64,000 nucleotides of DNA. Source: Candidatus Dormiibacterota bacterium. GTDB lineage: Bacteria; Chloroflexota; Dormibacteria; Aeolococcales; Aeolococcaceae. The first letter of the stretch is position 1; each line of letters starts with the position of its first letter. A model generated the notes under the pieces. It worked only from the letters and a program-made list of their open reading frames with translations. It made no database searches and had not been told where the DNA came from. The stretch is from positions 640,938 to 704,937 of the forward strand of contig CAWBLV010000006.1 of assembly GCA_963789735.1 (NCBI GenBank), in the 5' to 3' direction. Below are positions 27,669 through 36,215 of the stretch, piece after piece. Position numbers and translations under genes: made by a program.

Positions 27669-27699
27669 TTATCCACAACTTGCGCACATCAGTGGATAA
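27669..27699. promoter_or_regulatory. inverted pair of consensus DnaA boxes upstream of dnaA
   Basis: TTATCCACA at 27669-27677 and AGTGGATAA at 27691-27699 (the reverse complement of TTATCCACT), separated by 13 bp. Confidence 0.6.
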
Positions 27700-27877
27700 A
27701 TGCTTGGCCGCTGGTGGCCGGGGGGCTTGGTGAGACGTTGAGAAGGGCTTCCCGCTCCCGCTGCAGCCTGGGGAGTCTAACAATGCGAGGGCCTGGTCAC
27801 AACCGGAGCGAGCGCACCAAATCGAGGGGTGGGAGATTGTGAACTCGCGGGGATGAAGGGGCGGCCGCCTGTTGCCT

Positions 27878-27886
27878 TGGTATACT
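27878..27886 (+). promoter_or_regulatory. possible extended -10 element (TGgTATACT) for rpmH
   Basis: TGGTATACT was read directly, about 75 nt upstream of the proposed rpmH start. No good -35 element was seen. Confidence 0.3.
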
Positions 27887-27960
27887 CGCGACGCAAACCC
27901 CGTCGGGCTCAGCGGCGCCTTGAGCGCCCCCGACGCGATCAGTGTCTCGGAGAGACGGCC

Positions 27961-28107
27961 ATCAAGCGGACGTACCAACCCAAGAAGAAGTACCGGCGTA
28001 AGACGCACGGCTTTCGCATACGTATGGCGACGCCGGGTGGACGCCAGGTCCTCAAGGCACGCCGTCGGAAGGGACGCAAGCGCCTTACTCCGGCTCCGAC
28101 GCGATGA
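27961..28107 (+). CDS. rpmH: 50S ribosomal protein L34 (proposed ATC start)
   Basis: [42 protein letters not shown] is an unmistakable L34 sequence. GGAGAG lies 6 nt upstream of the ATC at 27961. The only canonical in-frame starts are far upstream. Confidence 0.8.
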   Translation: MKRTYQPKKKYRRKTHGFRIRMATPGGRQVLKARRRKGRKRLTPAPTR

Positions 28108-28733
28108 ACCAGCGGCATCGCCTGCCCGGGCGACGCCGGATTGCGGCGGTGCGGGAAACCGGCATCGAGGCACGCTTCGGGGTCATTCGAGTTCGCGCGC
28201 TTGAGGGCGCGACTGCTTTCTCGCGCGTCGCCTTCGCGGTGCCCGGCGCCGCGGGGGCTGTGAGTCGCAATCGCGCGCGCCGGCGGTTACGCGCCGCCAT
28301 CGCCCCAGTCCTCCTGGAGCATCCTGGGCTCGACATGGTCGTGAGCCTGCCGGGACGCGCCACCGAGATGCCTTTTTTGAGCCTTCGCGCCGGCCTGGCC
28401 ACCGCGCTGGCCAGTGCGTCACGGTCCTCACAGGTCGAGGGTTCGCGCGTGAAACGCATCAGCCTGGTGTTCATTCGGATCTACCAGGTCACGATTGGCC
28501 CGCTGTTCGGAATGATGAGCTCCTGCCGCTACGAGCCCACCTGCTCGCACTACGGCTATGAATCGATCCAGCGCTTTGGAGCGCGCCGTGGCTGGTGGCT
28601 CGCGGTGCGCCGGATCGCACGCTGCCATCCCTTCCACGAAGGGGGTTTCGATCCGGTGCCGGAGACCTATATCTCCTGGCGTATGGCGCGCCGAACCCAT
28701 CACGAAGCCACTCAGGCGGGGAAAGCCGCGTGA
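28104..28733 (+). CDS. rnpA: RNase P protein component continuous in frame with YidD (single 209-codon ORF)
   Basis: ATGA overlap with the rpmH stop. The N-terminal ~115 aa show the RnpA pattern (RL...F..V...G......RVAFAV....[13 protein letters not shown]). No stop codon occurs before the YidD-like part. Confidence 0.8.
   Translation: MNQRHRLPGRRRIAAVRETGIEARFGVIRVRALEGATAFSRVAFAVPGAAGAVSRNRARRRLRAAIAPVLLEHPGLDMVVSLPGRATEMPFLSLRAGLATALASASRSSQVEGSRVKRISLVFIRIYQVTIGPLFGMMSSCRYEPTCSHYGYESIQRFGARRGWWLAVRRIARCHPFHEGGFDPVPETYISWRMARRTHHEATQAGKAA
28449..28733 (+). CDS. yidD: membrane protein insertion efficiency factor YidD (possible independent GTG start inside the rnpA frame)
   Basis: [63 protein letters not shown] is the YidD signature. 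Confidence 0.75.
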   Translation: MKRISLVFIRIYQVTIGPLFGMMSSCRYEPTCSHYGYESIQRFGARRGWWLAVRRIARCHPFHEGGFDPVPETYISWRMARRTHHEATQAGKAA

Positions 28734-29869
28734 TCATCGCCGCAGCCACGACCACGACGTCGTCGGGGTTCAACCCGCTCTGGATCTTTGGAGCGCTGCA
28801 GTACCCGTTCATCTGGGTGCTCCAGGAACTCGTCAAGATCTTCACCGCAATCGGACCCCTGAAAGCCATCGGTGCCTTCGGGCTCAGCGTCATGGTGCTC
28901 ACCATCGCCATCCGAGCGGTGCTGTTCCCCGTCTTCGGCTGGCAGTTGCGCACGTCGCGGCGCATCCAGGCCGAACAGCGGCTCGTGGCTCCGCAACTCC
29001 AGGAGTTGCGCAAGAAATACAAGAAAGAGCCGCAGCGCTTGAGCCAGGAGATGAACGCGCTCTACAAGGAGCACGGCATCAGCCCCTTCTCGAGCCTGAC
29101 CGGATGCATTCCCGCACTGGTGCAGATGCCCGTGCTGATCGGGCTTTACCAGTCGATCAAGCACTTCACCGGTGGCGGCGTTCTCGCCCCCACGGACAAG
29201 GGGTTTCTCTGGATCAGCGACGTGACGCAGTCGGCGCAACAGGCCTGCTGCTCGGCGAAGGGAGCGACGCTGGCGAACGTCTTCGTGCACCCGGCGCTAC
29301 TCATCCTGCCGCTCATCGCCGGCGGATTCACGTTCGCGCAGTCGCGAATGATGATGCCGCCGACACGTCCGGACATGTCCGACCAGGAGCGCTCCATGCA
29401 GGGCGTCACGCGGCAGATGTCGTTCATCTTCCCCGTGATGATCTTCGTGTTCAGCTTCCTCTTCCCGCAGGGGCTGGCGATCTACTGGGCGACCGGGACG
29501 ATGTTCATGGTCGCGCAGCAGTACCACCTGCTCGGCTGGAACGGGCTCGCGGTTCCGTCGTGGTTCCCCGGCGCGAATCGAGTGACAGCGCTGACGATTC
29601 CGCGGACTCCGGTCAAGACCGGCGCAGGCTCGGGCGCGGGAAAGAAGACAACGATCGTCGTGGATGCCAAGAACGGGACCGGCAGGAACGCTAGCCGCAA
29701 CGGCACGAAAGCGAGCGCCAACGGCACCACGGCAGGTGCCAACGGGACCAAACCAAACGCCAACGTCAAGGCGGACACGTCCGACGAGCCACCGGTCCGG
29801 TCCCAGAGCGCCACGGCGCGCACCTTGGCGCGACCCAACAGACCGAATAGACGGAGGCGGCGCCGCTGA
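28730..29869 (+). CDS. yidC: membrane protein insertase YidC (short Gram-positive type) with basic C-terminal tail
   Basis: GTGA overlap with the upstream stop. Motifs [41 protein letters not shown] and [16 protein letters not shown]. Confidence 0.9.
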   Translation: MIIAAATTTTSSGFNPLWIFGALQYPFIWVLQELVKIFTAIGPLKAIGAFGLSVMVLTIAIRAVLFPVFGWQLRTSRRIQAEQRLVAPQLQELRKKYKKEPQRLSQEMNALYKEHGISPFSSLTGCIPALVQMPVLIGLYQSIKHFTGGGVLAPTDKGFLWISDVTQSAQQACCSAKGATLANVFVHPALLILPLIAGGFTFAQSRMMMPPTRPDMSDQERSMQGVTRQMSFIFPVMIFVFSFLFPQGLAIYWATGTMFMVAQQYHLLGWNGLAVPSWFPGANRVTALTIPRTPVKTGAGSGAGKKTTIVVDAKNGTGRNASRNGTKASANGTTAGANGTKPNANVKADTSDEPPVRSQSATARTLARPNRPNRRRRRR

Positions 29870-29888
29870 GCGCGGCGTCGAGGGAGAA

Positions 29889-30647
29889 GTGGTGAGCGAG
29901 AGCAGGGTGAGCGCAGTCGAAGCAGATACCGAAGATGGGGTCGAAGCGCGCGGAGCGACAATCGAAGAGGCTGTCAGCAACGCGCTGACGCAACTCGGGG
30001 CCAATCGCGAGCAGGTCGAGGTGCAGGTTCTTTCGCCGGAGAGCAGGCCGCTCCCGGGGGAACGCCTCTCGAGCGGCGAGCGGCGCGTGCGCGTCTACCG
30101 GATCGACGAACACGCCGCCAACGCGAGAGCGCTCCTCGAGGAGTTGCTGACCCGAATGGAAGTGCCCTGCCGGGTGAGCGTCCGTCGTGGCACAGGGACC
30201 GCAACAGCTTCGTCCGGTGGTCCCGTGATCCTTGATATTGCCGGCGACGACCTCGGGCTCCTCATCGGGTGGCGCGGTGAGACGCTGCGCTCGCTGCAGA
30301 CGGCGGTGAACCTCATGCTCGGGGAAGAAGGCGTGGAGACCCGCCGGGTGATCCTCGACGTGGAGCGGTATCGCGCCCGCCGCGAGGACCAGGTTCGTGA
30401 GCTCGCCGAGCGCCTCGCGTTGCGCGTCAAGCGGACCGGAGAGCCATACACGCTCGACCCGATGCACGCATACGAGCGCCGCGTGATTCACATGACGCTG
30501 GCAGACGATCCCGACGTGACCACGGAGAGCGCGGGCCGCGAGCCGGCGCGTCGCGTGGTCATCAACCCGACGGGTCCGGCGCAGGGCGGCCCGCCCGAGC
30601 GCTTCGAAGGAGCCCGCCCGGGCCGGTCGTCCGGGCGCTCGTACTGA
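29889..30647 (+). CDS. jag: Jag/KhpB-type RNA-binding protein (Jag_N, KH, R3H)
   Basis: The N-terminal segment GATIEEAVSNALTQLG...QVEVQVL fits Jag_N. The C-terminal R3H-like segment is LDPMHAYERRVIHMTL. GTG at 29889 is preceded by GAGGGAG. Confidence 0.8.
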   Translation: MVSESRVSAVEADTEDGVEARGATIEEAVSNALTQLGANREQVEVQVLSPESRPLPGERLSSGERRVRVYRIDEHAANARALLEELLTRMEVPCRVSVRRGTGTATASSGGPVILDIAGDDLGLLIGWRGETLRSLQTAVNLMLGEEGVETRRVILDVERYRARREDQVRELAERLALRVKRTGEPYTLDPMHAYERRVIHMTLADDPDVTTESAGREPARRVVINPTGPAQGGPPERFEGARPGRSSGRSY

Positions 30648-31918
30648 CCGAGTTCGGCGTCGAGTCCCTTGCCGGGGGAACCCGGCTCACGACCGTCCCA
30701 TTGCCCGGCCGCGCGTCCGTGGCGATCGCGTTCATGGTCGGCGTCGGCTCGCGCAACGAGACCGAATCGGAAAGCGGCATCAGCCACTTCGTCGAGCACA
30801 TGGTGTTCAAGGGTGGGAAGCGATTCCCGACCGCGCGCGACATCAGCGAGGCGATCGAAGGCGTGGGCGGTGTGCTCAACGCCGCCACCGATCGCGAGGC
30901 CACCGTCTTCTGGACTCGCGTCCCAGTCGCAAAGCTCGGGCTGGCGGTGTCGGTGCTCAGCGACATGCTGCTGAGCCCGGTGCTCGACGAGGCCGAGGTG
31001 GCCAAGGAACGCCAGGTGGTCATCGAAGAGTTGCGCATGTACGAGGACAACCCGCAGGACTACGTGCAGATCGCTTTCGACGCGCTCATGTGGCCGGACC
31101 ATCCGCTGGGATGGGATGTCGCCGGTCGCGAGGAGACCGTGCTTTCGTTCACGGCTGACGACTGCCGGACGCATCTCGCCAAGCACATGCTCCCGTCGAC
31201 GCTCGTGGTGAGCATCGCCGGCGGTGTCGAGCCCGCGGACGCGCGAGCGATGATCGACGAGGCGATCGGTCCATGGGCTGCCAAGCCTCGCCCCGTTCCC
31301 GAGCCCGCTGTTGCGGCAACGCCGCCGACGGGGTCGCCACTTCGAGTGATCCGGCGCAGCGCTGAGCAGGCGAACATCCTGGTCGGAGCGCGCGCCCCGT
31401 CGTATAACGACCCCGATCGCCACGTCGCCGACATCCTGAACGTGATCCTCGGGGAGGGCATGTCGAGCCGCCTCTTCCTGGAGCTCCGCGAGCAGCGCGG
31501 CCTGGTGTACGACGTGCATTCGTTCATGAACCGCATGTCTGACACGGGAGTCCTCGGGATCGGACTCGCGTGCGAGCCGCGCCAGGCGGCGACGGCGCTC
31601 GAGGCCGCGATCGTCGAACTGCGCAAGCTCGCGGAGGAGCCAGTCGGGCCCGCCGAGCTCACGAAAGCGCGCGAATACGCGAAGGGCCGGCTCTTGCTGT
31701 CGCTGGAGAGCACGTCCGCGCTCTGCGAGTACGCCGGTCAGCAACTCCTGCTCCAGGGGAAGATCACCGAGCCCGACGAGCTGGTGGCGCGACTCGAATC
31801 AGTCGAGGCGGCACAGGTCAGCGATCTCGCCGCGCGTCTGCTGACCTCGGGGCTCCGCGCCGCGGTGGTCGGGCCGTTCCGCAGCGAGACCCGGTTTGAA
31901 AAGGCGATCGCGGTGTGA
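30644..31918 (+). CDS. M16-family (pitrilysin-like) zinc peptidase
   Basis: The [10 protein letters not shown] segment carries the HxxEH zinc motif. The family-typical N-terminus (L.GG.RL..V.....[14 protein letters not shown]) extends upstream of the first canonical start (TTG at 30701). CTG at 30644 overlaps the jag stop. Confidence 0.8.
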   Translation: MTEFGVESLAGGTRLTTVPLPGRASVAIAFMVGVGSRNETESESGISHFVEHMVFKGGKRFPTARDISEAIEGVGGVLNAATDREATVFWTRVPVAKLGLAVSVLSDMLLSPVLDEAEVAKERQVVIEELRMYEDNPQDYVQIAFDALMWPDHPLGWDVAGREETVLSFTADDCRTHLAKHMLPSTLVVSIAGGVEPADARAMIDEAIGPWAAKPRPVPEPAVAATPPTGSPLRVIRRSAEQANILVGARAPSYNDPDRHVADILNVILGEGMSSRLFLELREQRGLVYDVHSFMNRMSDTGVLGIGLACEPRQAATALEAAIVELRKLAEEPVGPAELTKAREYAKGRLLLSLESTSALCEYAGQQLLLQGKITEPDELVARLESVEAAQVSDLAARLLTSGLRAAVVGPFRSETRFEKAIAV

Positions 31919-31925
31919 TGGCCGC

Positions 31926-32399
31926 ATGTCAGACTTCGGCGCTGTGAGTGCCGAGCGGACGCTTGTCCTGGTAAAGCCTGATGGCGTGCAACGCCGCCTC
32001 GTTGGCGAGGTGATTTCGCGTTTCGAGCGCCGTGGATTGCACCTGGTCGCGCTGAAGCTGCTGCGTATGGATCGCGCCCTCGCCGAACGGCACTACGCCG
32101 AGCACGTCGGCAAGCCGTTCTTTGCGGGGCTCGTGGATTTCATCACGTCGGCGCCGGTCGTGGCCATGGTGTGGGAAGGCGATGACGCCGTCGCGCAGGT
32201 GCGCTCGATGATGGGCGCCACCAATCCGTCGGCCGCGGCTCCAGGCAGCATCCGTGGCGACCTTGCGGTCACCATTGGCAATAACGTGGTGCATGGGAGC
32301 GACTCGCCCGGACGTGGTGCCGAGGAAGTAGCGCTCTTCTTCCGGCCCGATGAGCTCATCGAGTGGAGTGCCGCCGACTCAACGTGGGTAAACGGCTGA
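31926..32399 (+). CDS. ndk: nucleoside-diphosphate kinase
   Basis: [26 protein letters not shown], followed by NVVHGSDS containing the active-site His. Confidence 0.95.
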   Translation: MSDFGAVSAERTLVLVKPDGVQRRLVGEVISRFERRGLHLVALKLLRMDRALAERHYAEHVGKPFFAGLVDFITSAPVVAMVWEGDDAVAQVRSMMGATNPSAAAPGSIRGDLAVTIGNNVVHGSDSPGRGAEEVALFFRPDELIEWSAADSTWVNG

Positions 32400-32412
32400 T
32401 CCCTTCGCGGGT

Positions 32413-33192
32413 CTAGTTGCGCGGGTCGGCGTTCGGCGGCGCGCTCTGAGCAGCGGCGAGCTTGCGCATCCGCCGCCGGCGCCACCGCCACGCCTCGAAT
32501 CCCGCGATTCCGAAGGCGGGAAAGACGAGTGCAGACGTGGTGACGGGCTCGAAGCTCGGGCCCGAGCCGAGGCTGCCGAAATGGTCGAGCGGCCAGATGC
32601 GCAGGATCGCCTTGGCGAGAATGTTCTTGCGCGGCACCAGTCCGAACACACGTGAGTTGCTCGAGTAATTGCGGTTGTCGCCCATCACGAAATATTCGTT
32701 TGCGGGGATTGTCAGCGGCTGCGGCGTCGATGACGCCATGCCGGTCGACGTGCAGCAGTACTTCAGCGTCGTCCACTCCTGGGGCAGATAAGGCTCATTC
32801 AGGACCTGGAACGGACCTTTGCCATCCGGCTTGATGAGCACTTCGGTGGGGTTGTGGTCACCGTCAATTTCGATGACATCGCCGGGAAGTCCGATGACGC
32901 GCTTGATGAAGTCCTGGGTTGGATCCGAGGGGGGGATGAGAATGACGATGTCGCCGCGCTGCGGATTCTGTCCGAAGTCGTATGAGATTTTGCTGGCGAG
33001 CAGCAGGTCCTGGTTCTGCAATGTCCCGACCATGCTTTCGCCGTCGACCCGAACTGTCTGCAGCGCAAAGGCGATGGCGACGTAGAGGATCACGGCGATC
33101 AGCAGCACCTCGACGGTGTCGCGGACCCATGATCCTCGCCACCAGGGACTTGGCGCGCTCGTCACTTCCGGAGGCGGGAGTACCTGAGCCAC
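32413..33192 (-). CDS. lepB: signal peptidase I
   Basis: N-terminal TM helix, GESMVGTL (Ser box), GDIVIL, RVIGLPGD and GDNRNYSSNSRVFG boxes. Confidence 0.9.
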   Translation of the reverse strand: MAQVLPPPEVTSAPSPWWRGSWVRDTVEVLLIAVILYVAIAFALQTVRVDGESMVGTLQNQDLLLASKISYDFGQNPQRGDIVILIPPSDPTQDFIKRVIGLPGDVIEIDGDHNPTEVLIKPDGKGPFQVLNEPYLPQEWTTLKYCCTSTGMASSTPQPLTIPANEYFVMGDNRNYSSNSRVFGLVPRKNILAKAILRIWPLDHFGSLGSGPSFEPVTTSALVFPAFGIAGFEAWRWRRRRMRKLAAAQSAPPNADPRN

Positions 33193-33265
33193 TCGGGCCG
33201 ATTATGAGCGGAACCACCCGGAGCGCCACGGTTGTGGTCAGGACGCGCTGCTCCATCATGGGTAT

Positions 33266-35326
33266 GTGACAACGGGGGTCCGTCGCCTCGCCGCGGTGCT
33301 GGTCGCGATCTTCGCAGCCCTGGCAATCCCGCTTGTCGCCTCGGCGCACGCGCTGCTCTCCGCCTCGTCGCCGCCTGCCGGAGCCCATCTCGGCACCGCG
33401 CCGGGAGTGGTCATTCTCGAGTTCGACCAGCCGCTCAACGCCCCACTGTCCTTTGCCTCGGTGGTCGACCCGACCGGCCACGTGTGGAAGGGTCAGGTCG
33501 ACAGCGCCGAGGAGATCCGGATTCCGCTCACGACGAACGTGACCGGCGTGTACACCGTCGACTGGACGACGGTGAGCGACTTCGACGGCCACAAAGTCAG
33601 CGGCAACTTCACCTTCGACGTTGGTATCACGGGGCCCGACACGTCGGTGGCTGCCGCGAACGCGGTTCCGGGCCCGGCGCCGTCGGATATCGCCATCGGG
33701 GTTGTGAAGTGGATCGAGGCGCTCGCACTGCTGTTCCTGGCCGGACAACTGCTGCTCACCCGGCTCGCTCAACGATCGCCGCCACTCGAATGGGTCAAGC
33801 CGGGTTTCCGGGCGACGAGCATCGCGCTCTCCGCGGGGCTCGTCTCTGTGTGGGCGGAGGCGACAGTCGGGTCAGGGGGGCACAGCGTCAGCGGGTACCT
33901 GGCGTTTTTCAACGGTCTCTCCGGAGCCGTGTTGATCGCCCGCCTGTGCGTCGAAGTCCTGGCGCTCGTTGCCGTGGTCCTTGGCTCGAGGACGCTGCCG
34001 ATATGGGTGGCAGGGGCGCTGGTACTGCTCGCCGCGGGAGGACATGCCGCGGGCGTCGACCCGGCCTGGTACGGGATTGGCCTCGACGCGATCCATCTCC
34101 TTGCCGCCGGCCTCTGGGCGGGAGGGATCGCCGCGCTCGCTCTCGTACACCCTCCGGGCGGATGGCGGTCCGTTGAGGCGCGCGTGCTGCTCGCGAGGTT
34201 CACGCCGGTCGCGCTGGCGGCGTTCGGCACCACGGTGGTGGCCGGGGGACTGGAGGCGATCACCCAACTCGGCTCCATCTCGGCGTTGTTTGACACGGCG
34301 TACGGACGCGTGCTGCTCGTGAAGATGGCCGTGGTCGCCATGATGCTGCCGCTCTCGGCCATGGCCTGGCGGCTCAAGCGGCCGCATCTGCGCATCGAAG
34401 CCTCGCTTGCGGTGGGCGTCGTGGCCGCGGCAGCGCTGCTCTCGTCCTTTCCGACTCCGCCCAGCGCGGCGGCACGGCAGGTGGCTGAAGAGGCGGCAAC
34501 AACGCCAACGGCGGGCCTTCCGACCGGCGATGAGCTCACGATGGCTGGAGCCGCAGGATCCATCCTGGTCGGCTTGAGCCTCTCGCCGGGACTTCCCGGG
34601 GTAAACCGCGCCACCGTCTACCTGCTTCCCCCTGGGGGAAGCGCAGCGGCGCGAGGGCTCGCCGCCAACATCGCGGTCAACGGCGTCTATAAGGCGCTGC
34701 TGCCGTGCGGTGACACATGCCGCTCCGCGACGATCGATATCAAGCAGGGCGATACGGTCGACGTCGAGACGGAGAACGCCGGAGGCGGCGATGCGACGTT
34801 CACGATCCCGGCGCTTCCCGCTCCGTCCGGCGACACGCTGGTGACCAAGCTCGAAGCGACCATGAAGGCCTTGTCCGCCTTCCAGTTCAACGAGGTCCTC
34901 AGCCAGGGCGGCACTGTGCAGCGCAGCACCGAATCGGCAGTCGCACCCGATCGTCTGGAGTGGACCATCAACAACAGCGGTCGGACCATCTGGATCGGGA
35001 GCACGTTCTATACCCAGGAGGGACCGGGCCAGCCATGGAACCAGGAGCAATCGGTGACACCGAACGACGTGTCGACCTCGTTCACGTGGAACTTCTTCAC
35101 CCCGCTGACGAATGCGCACGTGCTCGGAGAGGCGATGCTTGACGGTGTACCGACGACGATGGTCGCGACCTTCGGCAAGGCCATCGGGTCACCGCTGTGG
35201 TTCACCTTCTGGGTCGATGCGACGGGGCGCGTCCGCCAGGTGGCGATGGACGCGCAACAGCACTTCATGGTGGACACGTACACGAGCTACAACAAACCGG
35301 TGGTGATCGTCCCGCCGACCACGTGA
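33266..35326 (+). CDS. CopC-CopD fusion copper-resistance protein with an extra C-terminal soluble domain
   Basis: Signal peptide, then the CopC pattern AHALLSASSPPAGAHL...VVILEFDQPLN, followed by multiple TM helices typical of CopD. Confidence 0.75.
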   Translation: MTTGVRRLAAVLVAIFAALAIPLVASAHALLSASSPPAGAHLGTAPGVVILEFDQPLNAPLSFASVVDPTGHVWKGQVDSAEEIRIPLTTNVTGVYTVDWTTVSDFDGHKVSGNFTFDVGITGPDTSVAAANAVPGPAPSDIAIGVVKWIEALALLFLAGQLLLTRLAQRSPPLEWVKPGFRATSIALSAGLVSVWAEATVGSGGHSVSGYLAFFNGLSGAVLIARLCVEVLALVAVVLGSRTLPIWVAGALVLLAAGGHAAGVDPAWYGIGLDAIHLLAAGLWAGGIAALALVHPPGGWRSVEARVLLARFTPVALAAFGTTVVAGGLEAITQLGSISALFDTAYGRVLLVKMAVVAMMLPLSAMAWRLKRPHLRIEASLAVGVVAAAALLSSFPTPPSAAARQVAEEAATTPTAGLPTGDELTMAGAAGSILVGLSLSPGLPGVNRATVYLLPPGGSAAARGLAANIAVNGVYKALLPCGDTCRSATIDIKQGDTVDVETENAGGGDATFTIPALPAPSGDTLVTKLEATMKALSAFQFNEVLSQGGTVQRSTESAVAPDRLEWTINNSGRTIWIGSTFYTQEGPGQPWNQEQSVTPNDVSTSFTWNFFTPLTNAHVLGEAMLDGVPTTMVATFGKAIGSPLWFTFWVDATGRVRQVAMDAQQHFMVDTYTSYNKPVVIVPPTT

Positions 35327-35406
35327 CGCGCTGCGAGATCCCTCCCCACGCTGCCAGAATGTGACCGAACCACGACTGCGGACCAGGTTCATACACGAGG
35401 CATGAG

Positions 35407-36039
35407 ATGGCGCTGCTGACCCAGACCCCCTACAAGGCAAGGACGTTCGACCTGTCCGGCCTGACCGGCATCTCCGACAACACGCTGGAAGTCCATTTCG
35501 GACTTTATGCCGGTTATGTCAAAAACACGAACCTTCTCAATGAGCAGCTGGTCACCATGCAGGCTGCGGGCCAGGGCCTGTCATCGAATCCGGCGTACTC
35601 GGAGATCACCCGTCGACTCGGCTTTGAGTACAACGGAATGGTGCTGCACGAGTGGTATTTCGGAAATCTCACGAAGGCCACCGGAGGTGGCATCTCGTCG
35701 TCATCTGCGCTCGGTCGCGCACTCGGCGAGTCGTTCGGCGACATCGAGACGTGGCGCAAGGATTTCACCGCGATCGGCGGTATGCGCGGCGTGGGCTGGG
35801 CAGTGACATACCTGGACACCGCGACTGGCAGGCTCAGCAACCACTGGATCACGCTGCACGAGGACGGCAACATCGCCGGCTTCAAGCCCATCGTCGTGAT
35901 GGACGTCTGGGAGCACGCGTTCCTGCTGGACTACAAGCCGGCCGACCGTCCGAAGTACATCGAGGCGTTCCTCGCGAACTTCGACGCGGACGCAGCTGAG
36001 GCTCGTCTCACAGGAGCAGCAGACCGACCGGTCGGCTGA
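35407..36039 (+). CDS. Fe/Mn superoxide dismutase-family protein (divergent N-terminal motif)
   Basis: The C-terminal motif DVWEHAFLLDY matches the SOD D-x-W-E-H signature. The N-terminal motif reads LEVHFGLYAGYV instead of the usual HHxKHHxxYV. Confidence 0.65.
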   Translation: MALLTQTPYKARTFDLSGLTGISDNTLEVHFGLYAGYVKNTNLLNEQLVTMQAAGQGLSSNPAYSEITRRLGFEYNGMVLHEWYFGNLTKATGGGISSSSALGRALGESFGDIETWRKDFTAIGGMRGVGWAVTYLDTATGRLSNHWITLHEDGNIAGFKPIVVMDVWEHAFLLDYKPADRPKYIEAFLANFDADAAEARLTGAADRPVG

Positions 36040-36215
36040 GGGGTCGTTCGCGGCGTCCCCTTCGCCAAGCGCCGCGGCGCCAGGGCGTTCGCCGCGACGC
36101 GAAGCCTTGGCCGCTTCCTCGTTCGCACCATCACATCGCTTCGTGGTGGAGGCGCCAGGGGACGGGCGTCACCGTGCTCAGCCTTGTCCGCTCCCTCGTT
36201 CGCGCAACTCTATTG

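Noticed and set aside
27829-28107. 92-aa version of ribosomal protein L34
   Set aside because: L34 is about 45 aa. The upstream part contains a promoter-like element and no ribosomal-protein-like conservation. A Shine-Dalgarno sequence precedes the ATC at 27961.
26194-28173. 659-aa extended DnaA ORF, and the 495-aa extended DnaN ORF (24834..26321)
   Set aside because: The N-terminal extensions are Arg/Pro/Ser-rich with no homology-like pattern. They would cover the DnaA-box regions. The internal ATGs at 27546 and 25949 give canonical N-termini and lengths.
29650-29869. Repeated NGT/NAS sequons in the YidC C-terminal tail as a glycosylation signal
   Set aside because: The tail is a low-complexity, basic, presumably cytoplasmic ribosome-contact region. 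No glycosyltransferase of the relevant type is linked to it. Compositional bias is the simplest explanation.
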